Origin: a virus
Taxonomy: Duplodnaviria > Caudoviricetes
DNA: 48,127 bases
Reading direction: 5' to 3' (one strand)
Virus record (IMG/VR): IMGVR_UViG_3300022177_000081
Span: 1 to 48,127 of that record
Shown in pieces: positions 26,256 to 33,080 of this stretch (positions are counted from its first letter, which is position 1; each line of letters begins with the position of its first letter). Position numbers and translations under genes: made by a program. A model generated the notes under the pieces. It did not search any database, had not been told where the DNA came from, and was given only the letters and a program-made list of their open reading frames with translations.

Positions 26256-26627
26256 ATGGCGAGGCTGCTGCTTGTGCTGTTCCTCATGCTGTGCTCCGGG
26301 TGCGTCGGCATCCTACCCACACGTACCACCGATCCGTCCGCAACCGTGCAGGCCGGAGCCGACTGGCTGCGGCTGTCCCTGGATCGTCTGCGCCAGGGCA
26401 TCGACGCCATAGAACCGCACGCCCCTGTCGAGGCGGCCAGTCTGGACAACGAGTATGCGGCCGCGGCCGCCGAATGCGAAGCCGCCGAACAGGCCGCTGC
26501 AGCCGGTGCTCCCGAGGCGCAATCCATCTGGCAGCGGGCCCGGGAGTCCATCGGAAGGCTGGCCAGGGCCTGTCTGCCGGTCGCACTCAAATACGGTCTG
26601 ACTCGCTTCTTCGTCGAGGCTGGCTGA
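26256..26627 (+). CDS. Lipoprotein (possible spanin component)
   Basis: MARLLLVLFLMLCSG-C lipobox; helical Ala-rich mature region. Confidence 0.75.
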   Translation: MARLLLVLFLMLCSGCVGILPTRTTDPSATVQAGADWLRLSLDRLRQGIDAIEPHAPVEAASLDNEYAAAAAECEAAEQAAAAGAPEAQSIWQRARESIGRLARACLPVALKYGLTRFFVEAG

Positions 26628-26629
26628 CC

Positions 26630-27550
26630 ATGCGCATCCTCTCTCTCTCCGGCGGCGGTATCCGCGGCTACCTCCAGGCCCTGGTCGTGGCGGCAATCGA
26701 ATCCGCCACATGCCGCGACGCTTGCCAGCTGTTCGATCTGATCGTCGGCACCAGCACGGGCGGCATTCTCGGGGCCGGTCTTGCCCTGGGCATCCCGGCC
26801 GGGGACATGGCGGCGTTTTACCGTGACCACGGTCGCACCATCTTTCGCAAGTCGCTCGCCAAAAAACTGCGGTCTGTCTGCGGACTTGCCGACGAAAGTT
26901 ACGACGCGGCGGGTCTGGAATCGGGACTTGCCGCCGTGTTCGGCGACGTAGCGCTCTCGCAGACCCGCACCGATCTGTGCCTGACGGCCTACGATATCGA
27001 GGGCCGCCGGCTGGTGGTGTTCAAATCATGGAAAGCGGCGGCCGATCCGGCCCAGGATCACCTGTTGACCGTAGCTTGCCGGGCCACGGCCGCCGCACCG
27101 ACCTATTTCGAGCCGGGCATGGTTAAAACCGACACGGGCCTCATGCGGGCTTGTGTCGACGGCGGCGTGTGGGCCAACCATCCCGGTATGGTCGGCCTGG
27201 TGGAGGCCATCAAGCGGGGTGTGTCGCCCGAGGCCGTCCAGATGCTGTCCATCGGCACCGGCTCCGAGGATCGGCCGTACCTACGGTCCGAGGCGTCGGG
27301 CTGGGGATTGGCCGGGTGGGCCAGGCCGTTGCTCGACATCCTGTTCTCCGGCCAGGCCGCCGCCGTCGATTACCAATGCCTGCAACTCCTGGGCGACAAT
27401 TACGTTTCCCTGCAGCCTACCCTGGCCGAGCCTGTCCCCATGGACGCGGTGACGCCCCGGGCGTTCACCATGATGGAATTCCACGCAGGCAGGCTCATTG
27501 ACGGCGGCGACTACCGGCGAGCCCTGCATCTGCTGGAAGGAGGGGCGTAA
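26630..27550 (+). CDS. Patatin-like phospholipase
   Basis: LSGGGIRG oxyanion motif, GTSTG nucleophile elbow, AAPTYF, DGG. Confidence 0.95.
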   Translation: MRILSLSGGGIRGYLQALVVAAIESATCRDACQLFDLIVGTSTGGILGAGLALGIPAGDMAAFYRDHGRTIFRKSLAKKLRSVCGLADESYDAAGLESGLAAVFGDVALSQTRTDLCLTAYDIEGRRLVVFKSWKAAADPAQDHLLTVACRATAAAPTYFEPGMVKTDTGLMRACVDGGVWANHPGMVGLVEAIKRGVSPEAVQMLSIGTGSEDRPYLRSEASGWGLAGWARPLLDILFSGQAAAVDYQCLQLLGDNYVSLQPTLAEPVPMDAVTPRAFTMMEFHAGRLIDGGDYRRALHLLEGGA

Positions 27551-28026
27551 TGCTCAAGGCGGCTGGCGAATACCTCCTGGAGTCCGTGCAGGATCTGCTG
27601 GTTTGCTACGGTCTGAAGGTCGGAGGATCCACAGTGATCGGACTGGCCTGCCTGTGGATCGGCGGCCAGGACAAGCTGATCGAAGGCCTGTTCGGTCTGA
27701 TCTGCCTGGATTTCGCCCTTGGAATCGGCCATGGCTGGAAGCTCGGCCGTCTGTCCAAATCCAAATTCCTGGGTGGCCTCGCGAAATTCGTCCTGTACTA
27801 CGCCACGCTGTTGTGCGCCTCGCTCCTCGATTCCGTCCTGAATGCCAAGACCGAGGCCATCTGGCATGCCCAGTTCAGGGATTTCCTGATCATCTATTTC
27901 TGCCTGCATGAATCACTTTCCATTCTGCAGCACCTGCATTTTTTCGGCGTCCCGCTGCCGGCCGCGCTCATGAAGCGCCTGACGGACTATCGGGACTGCA
28001 AGCTGTGGAAGGGGAGGGCGGCGTGA
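27550..28026 (+). CDS. Holin (phage holin 4 / toxin-secretion-like family)
   Basis: Multiple TMs; LDFALG...LSKSKFLGGLAKF...ESLSILQHL..GVPLP motif. Confidence 0.85.
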   Translation: MLKAAGEYLLESVQDLLVCYGLKVGGSTVIGLACLWIGGQDKLIEGLFGLICLDFALGIGHGWKLGRLSKSKFLGGLAKFVLYYATLLCASLLDSVLNAKTEAIWHAQFRDFLIIYFCLHESLSILQHLHFFGVPLPAALMKRLTDYRDCKLWKGRAA

Positions 28027-28346
28027 ATCTCCAGGATCAACTGGCGGCCGATCTCGCCGTGTTCCTTGATGCCACGGGGTTTTCGCGGCCCACCATCCTG
28101 CAGGGACAGGAAACTCTGGCCGACCACGTCTCGGATTCGGCCCAGGCCCTGGACGAATGGCGCAAGCGGACCCAGGAGCCTCCCGGCGTCGGCGTGCGTC
28201 TGTTGACCCTGTTGGTCCGGGAGGCGGACCTGAAGCGGCCGTTGGCCGAGGACGTTCTGAACGTGGATGCGGTGGAGTGGACCGTGTTGTCCACATCGGT
28301 CGAATGCGGCCTGCTGACCCTGCACCTCTACCGGCACGAGTCGTAA
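28023..28346 (+). CDS. Head-tail joining protein
   Basis: LQDQLAADLAVFLD..GF N-terminus; GTGA coupling; position. Confidence 0.65.
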   Translation: MNLQDQLAADLAVFLDATGFSRPTILQGQETLADHVSDSAQALDEWRKRTQEPPGVGVRLLTLLVREADLKRPLAEDVLNVDAVEWTVLSTSVECGLLTLHLYRHES

Positions 28347-28347
28347 G

Positions 28348-28923
28348 ATGCTGCTCAATTTTTATTACGACATCCCCTCGTACGAACGAGAACTCGCACC
28401 GCTGGTGCATATTCCGGACAAAATGCCTCTGGCTCTGCAGCGTTCGCTGGGCAAGCTCCTGACGAAGCTCAAGGGAGAATTCACCCGGGGCGTTTCCCGG
28501 GAGTCTGTGCTCATGCAGAAGTTTGTCCGTCCCGGTGTGTATCAGTCCCGGGTGATGTGGACCGGGGATGAGGCTCATGGGTACCTGGGCGGGACTCAGG
28601 GGCGGCAGTTGCTGCTGCGCTACAAGGTCAAGCCATCCGGCCCATCCGTGAGGCGGCCTCCGGTAGGGGCGTCGGCCCAGGTTCTGCGTTCCTCCGGCCT
28701 GGGAGTCATCCCCGGGGCGTTCCTGGCCCAGATGCCGTCGGGTCACCTCGGGGTGTTTCGCCGCAAGGACGGATCGCGCCGGATCAAAGAACTTACCGGA
28801 CCGTCCGTGCAATTTTGGTTTCATCGGGACAGCATCAGGATCCCGATCGAAAAACAGACGGATGAACTCTTCGCGAAATATCTGGGGCACGAGGTGGCAT
28901 TCCTGCTCCAGCAGGCTGGATAG
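28348..28923 (+). CDS. Minor tail protein Z-like
   Basis: AFLAQMPSGHLGVFRR...IKELTGPSV motif. Confidence 0.75.
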   Translation: MLLNFYYDIPSYERELAPLVHIPDKMPLALQRSLGKLLTKLKGEFTRGVSRESVLMQKFVRPGVYQSRVMWTGDEAHGYLGGTQGRQLLLRYKVKPSGPSVRRPPVGASAQVLRSSGLGVIPGAFLAQMPSGHLGVFRRKDGSRRIKELTGPSVQFWFHRDSIRIPIEKQTDELFAKYLGHEVAFLLQQAG

Positions 28924-28931
28924 GAGGGGTC

Positions 28932-29423
28932 ATGTTCTTTCTGCTGTTGTCGGACCTACGGGATTACCTGGAGAAGGCATTGGAGACGCTGCCGCTTTTG
29001 TCCCCGGAAAGTCGGGGCAATCCTGCCGCGCTCCGGGCACCCCGGGTCATGATCGGCGAACTGCCGCCGAGAAACCAGGGAGAGAAGGAGGAGACGGCCT
29101 ATCCCTTTGTCCTGCTTCGTGCCTCGTCCGGAGAGGATTACGAGGACGGTTCCCTGTGCGAGATCGCGATCATATGCGCCGTGAGCGCCGTCGAGCGAGG
29201 CGAGGCCATGGAACACGAGATCCAGAACCTGCTGTCGTTCGTGCGCACGGCGTTGCTCAAGCGGCGGCAGGTGTCCGGCCGCGGCGAACTGGTCCCGGAC
29301 AAACAGGGCCGTCTGCTGTCCTGGAAGGTCTACGAGGAGTTTTCGTTCCCCTACATGGGCGCCCAGATCAACGGGCTCTGGCGTGTGCCCGGCATACAAC
29401 TCACGGAGGAATCCTATGGATGA
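28932..29423 (+). CDS. Tail completion / terminator-like protein
   Basis: Position before the sheath; YPFVLLR motif; GGAGG RBS. Confidence 0.6.
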   Translation: MFFLLLSDLRDYLEKALETLPLLSPESRGNPAALRAPRVMIGELPPRNQGEKEETAYPFVLLRASSGEDYEDGSLCEIAIICAVSAVERGEAMEHEIQNLLSFVRTALLKRRQVSGRGELVPDKQGRLLSWKVYEEFSFPYMGAQINGLWRVPGIQLTEESYG

Positions 29424-29757
29424 GATCCAAATCGACCAGGGCCTGAATCCGGTTCCGGATGAAGCGCCGTCGCCCGGGGTGGCGACTCCGGCCACCCCGG
29501 AGGCTCCCGCCCATGTGATCTATGTCGGCCCGCGTTTGGTACGGCCGTTCCCGGTAGCGGCCTTGGCCGTCTTTCGGGGCCCCATGCCGCCGCCGCTGGC
29601 CCAGGCCGTCGCCGGTGATCCGGATCTGGCCGCGTGTTTCGTTCCCGTGGCCGAGGCCGGGACCGCACTCCGTGCCGTTTCCCGTCCGGGCACGGCGCTC
29701 GCGCGGGCCGTGACCGCCGTCCGGGACAAGTACCTGCCGCAAAAGAAGGAGGGATAG
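29416..29757 (+). CDS. Hypothetical tail-region protein
   Basis: GGAGG RBS; IYVGP motif typical of the small gene preceding sheath genes. Confidence 0.65.
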   Translation: MDEIQIDQGLNPVPDEAPSPGVATPATPEAPAHVIYVGPRLVRPFPVAALAVFRGPMPPPLAQAVAGDPDLAACFVPVAEAGTALRAVSRPGTALARAVTAVRDKYLPQKKEG

Positions 29758-29760
29758 CCC

Positions 29761-31200
29761 ATGGCCACCGGCTACCGCCACGGCGTTTACGCCAAACGTC
29801 TGCCCACCTCGATCGTGCCGCCGCGCCGCACCACGGTGTCTGTCCCGTTTGTGGTCGGGGTGGCCCCTGTTCACAAGCTGGCGGCCGACAAGCGCCCCGT
29901 GAACGAGATCAAGATGATCTCCACCTACGAGGAATTCGCCACCACCCTCGGCTGGGACGACGACGTGGCCAGTTACAACCTGTGCGAGTTCGCCAAGGTC
30001 TTTTTCTCGCTCTACACCGTGACTCCCATGTTCGTGGTCAACGTCTTCGATCCGGCCGTGCACAAGACGGCGCACGAGGACGTGGCGGGCACCTTCGACG
30101 CCGACGGTCTGCTGCATGTGGGGCATTACGGCCTGACCGGCATGGTGGTGAAATCCACCGACGGCCTGACCACCTACGTCGCCGGGACCGACTACGACCT
30201 GGACGGCCCCGGGGGCACTCTGACCCGCAAGACGGCCGGGGCCATCCCGGCCGGCGGCACCGTCAAGATGAGTTACACCGCCGGCGATCCCTCCATGGTC
30301 GACACGGCCGACATCATCGGCGGCGTGGACGGCGGCAAAAAGACCGGCCTCGAGCTGCTCGACATGGTCTTTCCCCGCTTCCGCGAACTGCCGGGTCTGA
30401 TCGTGTCCCCTGGCTATTCGGCCGATCCGGCCGTGGCCATCCTCATGGCCGCCAAGGGCACGAATGTGAACGGTCATTTCCGGGCCAAGGCCATCGTGGA
30501 TCTGCCCGAGTCCCTCACGCTCTATTCCGACTGCCCGGGCTGGAAAAACGACCACAACCTGACCGACGAGAACATGGTCGTGTGCTGGCCGCGGCTCAAG
30601 TACGGCACGGAAACCCACTGGATGAGCACGCACCTGGCCGCGCTCTATGCCCAGGTGGACGGAAACAACGAGGACGTGCCCTACGAAACCCCGTCCAACA
30701 AGCGCTATCTGGCCGAGGGCACCACCATTGCCGGGTCCGACGTCTGGCTGACCCCGGAGGAGGCGAACTACTTAAACGGCCAGGGCATCGTGACCGCCCT
30801 CAATTTCATCGGCGGCTGGCGCTGCTGGGGCGGCCGCACGGCCACCTATCCCGACAACACCGACGTCATCGACGCCTTCGACTGCATCAACCGGATGTTC
30901 GACTGGATCCAGAACACGGTCATCCTGACGTTCTGGGCCAAGGTGGACAAGCCGCTGACCCGGCGTCTGGTCGAAACCATCGTGGACAGCTGCAACATCT
31001 GGCTGAACGGGCTGGCGGCGCGCGAATATCTCCTGGGCGGCCGCCTGGAATTCGTCGCGGACGAGAACCCGATCACGGACCTGATGGACGGTGTCGCGCG
31101 TTTCCACCTGTACGCCACGCCGCCCAGCCCGGCCCGGGAGATCATGTTCCTGCTCGAATACGATCCCAACTACCTGAACAACCTGTTCGGCCAGTCCTAA
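29761..31200 (+). CDS. Tail sheath protein (P2 FI-like)
   Basis: YRHGVY, KKTGLEL, PSNK, ANYLNGQGIVTALN and WGGRT motifs. Confidence 0.95.
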   Translation: MATGYRHGVYAKRLPTSIVPPRRTTVSVPFVVGVAPVHKLAADKRPVNEIKMISTYEEFATTLGWDDDVASYNLCEFAKVFFSLYTVTPMFVVNVFDPAVHKTAHEDVAGTFDADGLLHVGHYGLTGMVVKSTDGLTTYVAGTDYDLDGPGGTLTRKTAGAIPAGGTVKMSYTAGDPSMVDTADIIGGVDGGKKTGLELLDMVFPRFRELPGLIVSPGYSADPAVAILMAAKGTNVNGHFRAKAIVDLPESLTLYSDCPGWKNDHNLTDENMVVCWPRLKYGTETHWMSTHLAALYAQVDGNNEDVPYETPSNKRYLAEGTTIAGSDVWLTPEEANYLNGQGIVTALNFIGGWRCWGGRTATYPDNTDVIDAFDCINRMFDWIQNTVILTFWAKVDKPLTRRLVETIVDSCNIWLNGLAAREYLLGGRLEFVADENPITDLMDGVARFHLYATPPSPAREIMFLLEYDPNYLNNLFGQS

Positions 31201-31210
31201 GGAGGCCAGC

Positions 31211-31744
31211 ATGTCCATCATCAACAGGGTTCCGGAAAAACTCATCAACTACAAGGTCTACCAGGACGGCGCGGACCTGGTCGGCCTGGCCGACATTGAC
31301 CTGCCCGACGTGGACCACATGGCGGAGACGCTGTCCGGGTCCGGCCTGGGCGGAGAGTTCGAGTCGCCGACCATGGGCCACACCAAGGGCATGACCCTGA
31401 AGCTCAAGTTCCGGACGCTCTACCGGCCGCTCATGCTGCTTTTGACGCCCACGCCCAAGATGTTCGACCTGCGCCTGTCCATCCAGGCCTTGGACGCTGG
31501 AAACAGCGAATACACCTCCTATCCCTCGCGGATCGTGGTGCGCGGCGTGCCCAAGAAAAAGGGTCTGGGCAAGCTCGACGTGGGCAAGAAGATGGACAAC
31601 GAGATGGAGCTTTCGGTCACCTATCTGAAGGTCTTCGTGGACGGCAAGGAAGCCATGGAGATCGACCAGCTGAACTTCATCTACAAGATCGACGGCGTGG
31701 ACGCCCTGGCCCAGGTGCGCGAACATCTCGGCCTGACCAACTAG
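31211..31744 (+). CDS. Tail tube protein (P2 FII-like)
   Basis: PEKLINYKVY..G, LPDV..., EIDQLNFIYKIDGVD motifs. Confidence 0.93.
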   Translation: MSIINRVPEKLINYKVYQDGADLVGLADIDLPDVDHMAETLSGSGLGGEFESPTMGHTKGMTLKLKFRTLYRPLMLLLTPTPKMFDLRLSIQALDAGNSEYTSYPSRIVVRGVPKKKGLGKLDVGKKMDNEMELSVTYLKVFVDGKEAMEIDQLNFIYKIDGVDALAQVREHLGLTN

Positions 31745-31770
31745 CTACGGCTACACGCGGCTGCGGCCGC

Positions 31771-31783
31771 TGATCTTTGACAA
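31771..31783 (+). promoter_or_regulatory. boxA-like antitermination motif
   Basis: TGATCTTTGACAA resembles rrn/lambdoid boxA (TGCTCTTTAACA); preceded by a GCGGC-TGCG-GCCGC hairpin. Confidence 0.5.
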
Positions 31784-31805
31784 CCGAGTATGTGCTGTTC
31801 GCGAA

Positions 31806-31832
31806 CGGGGCTCCCGACAGCCGGGAGCCCCG
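31806..31832. repeat. Perfect 11-bp GC hairpin without a U-tract
   Basis: CGGGGCTCCCG-ACAGC-CGGGAGCCCCG. Confidence 0.8.
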
Positions 31833-31939
31833 GAGATACATGGATGTGCAGACGTAAAACCAGTTATTTGGTGAGCGTCTTCAAGCAGAATTCTCGGGCT
31901 GCTTGAAAAGGGACAGTCAGCCAGATTACGAAGCGCCGG

Positions 31940-32176
31940 TTAGGATTTTTCCCTCTTGAAAAAGAACTCGTAGAGGTATTGGCATTGTACGCCATTAACA
32001 ACGTCTGACGTCATGTACCGATGGCTTGTTATCATTTCCCATCCTTCAGACCCAAGAACATCCAACGGCGCGGATATTGATGGGTAATTCAGTATGGGGT
32101 TGTCCCCGTGTTGCATGAAGTAACTCCCGTTGTTGTCCAACAGGATCTGTTGAAGCAAGTACTCGAAGGTCTTCAT
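31940..32176 (-). CDS. Antisense moron, DUF4177-like small protein
   Basis: AGGAGG RBS; FEY...LDVLGSEGWEMI...FFFKR pattern; lower GC. Confidence 0.75.
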   Translation of the reverse strand: MKTFEYLLQQILLDNNGSYFMQHGDNPILNYPSISAPLDVLGSEGWEMITSHRYMTSDVVNGVQCQYLYEFFFKREKS

Positions 32177-32361
32177 CCGAAAATCCTCCTGTTCAGGTTG
32201 GGGCCTGCCCGGCCTGTGCCGATTGGCCGATAAAAATAGGCAATCCAGTATCAGCCCAGTCTGCAAAAGTACAGCGAACAGCACATCCCGGTTGCCCGGC
32301 GACACGTCCGGCGTGGTCCGCCACGCCCCGACATAACCAAAACCAGGAAAGGAGCATCCCC

Positions 32362-32727
32362 ATGTCCGATCTCGAAAAGAAACCCGAAGGCACCGTCCCG
32401 CCCGTCCAGGGCGCTCCCGTCACCCCGCAGTCCGCCGCCCCGGCCGCCTCCATGGGGCAGCCGTCCGCCCCGGTGGCTCCGGACGAATTGACCGCGTCCC
32501 TCAGGCGCCCGTTCAAGACCGGAGATCGCACCGTCACCTCCCTGGTCTTCTCGCGTCGCCCGGTCGCACGTGATCTGGTCCGGCAGTTTCCGGGCGCGAT
32601 CACGGCCGAGGAGCGCGAGTTGCACGGCATCGCGGCTCTGCTCGGCGTCAACCCCGAGGATCTCGAACAGATGGACGGGGCCGACTATCTCGCCGTGCAG
32701 AGGAAGTGGGCCGGTTTTTTGGCCTGA
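32362..32727 (+). CDS. Tail assembly chaperone (P2 gpE-like)
   Basis: RRPVARDL...IAALLGV.PEDLEQMDGADY; AAGGAG RBS; precedes the tape measure gene. Confidence 0.88.
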   Translation: MSDLEKKPEGTVPPVQGAPVTPQSAAPAASMGQPSAPVAPDELTASLRRPFKTGDRTVTSLVFSRRPVARDLVRQFPGAITAEERELHGIAALLGVNPEDLEQMDGADYLAVQRKWAGFLA

Positions 32728-32915
32728 TCGGGGCACGCCTGGGCGACACGGTCACGCGCGTCGCCCAGGTGATGCCCCGGCCCGAGGACGTCCGGATGAT
32801 GATTGTGGCCCTGGCCTCGCGCACCGGATGGAGCCTGGGCGAATTGCTGGATCTGACGCTGACGGAATTGGTTGCCTGGATGGAGGCGGCCCGGGATGTG
32901 GAACCCAGGCTATGA
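32715..32915 (+). CDS. -1 frameshift extension of the chaperone (E+E'-like)
   Basis: TTTTTTG at 32715-32721 just before the gpE stop; the -1 frame encodes TGWSLGELLDLTLTELVAW. Confidence 0.8.
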   Translation, partial: FFGLIGARLGDTVTRVAQVMPRPEDVRMMIVALASRTGWSLGELLDLTLTELVAWMEAARDVEPRL

Positions 32916-33080
32916 GCGGGGGAAGAGGGAGCGGATGAAATACGAAACGAAATCGACCCCGAGGACTATGAGGCCGGCCAGAAAACCGTGCCCGAACGCA
33001 GCCGGAATATCCTGGATCCCGAACAGGGCCCGGATGGCGACTTCGCCGAGGAATACCAACAAGAAGATGGTGTAGGTCAT
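32910..33080 (-). CDS. Small antisense two-TM membrane protein (56 aa)
   Basis: MTYTIFLLVFLGEVAIRALFG...GFLAGLIVLGVDFVSYFI; fills the gap between E' and tape measure. Confidence 0.55.
   Translation of the reverse strand: MTYTIFLLVFLGEVAIRALFGIQDIPAAFGHGFLAGLIVLGVDFVSYFIRSLFPRS

Noticed and set aside
26630-27550. CBASS defence system (CapV-like patatin)
   Set aside because: No CD-NTase or Cap2/Cap3 genes in the window; the patatin is coupled to lysis genes.
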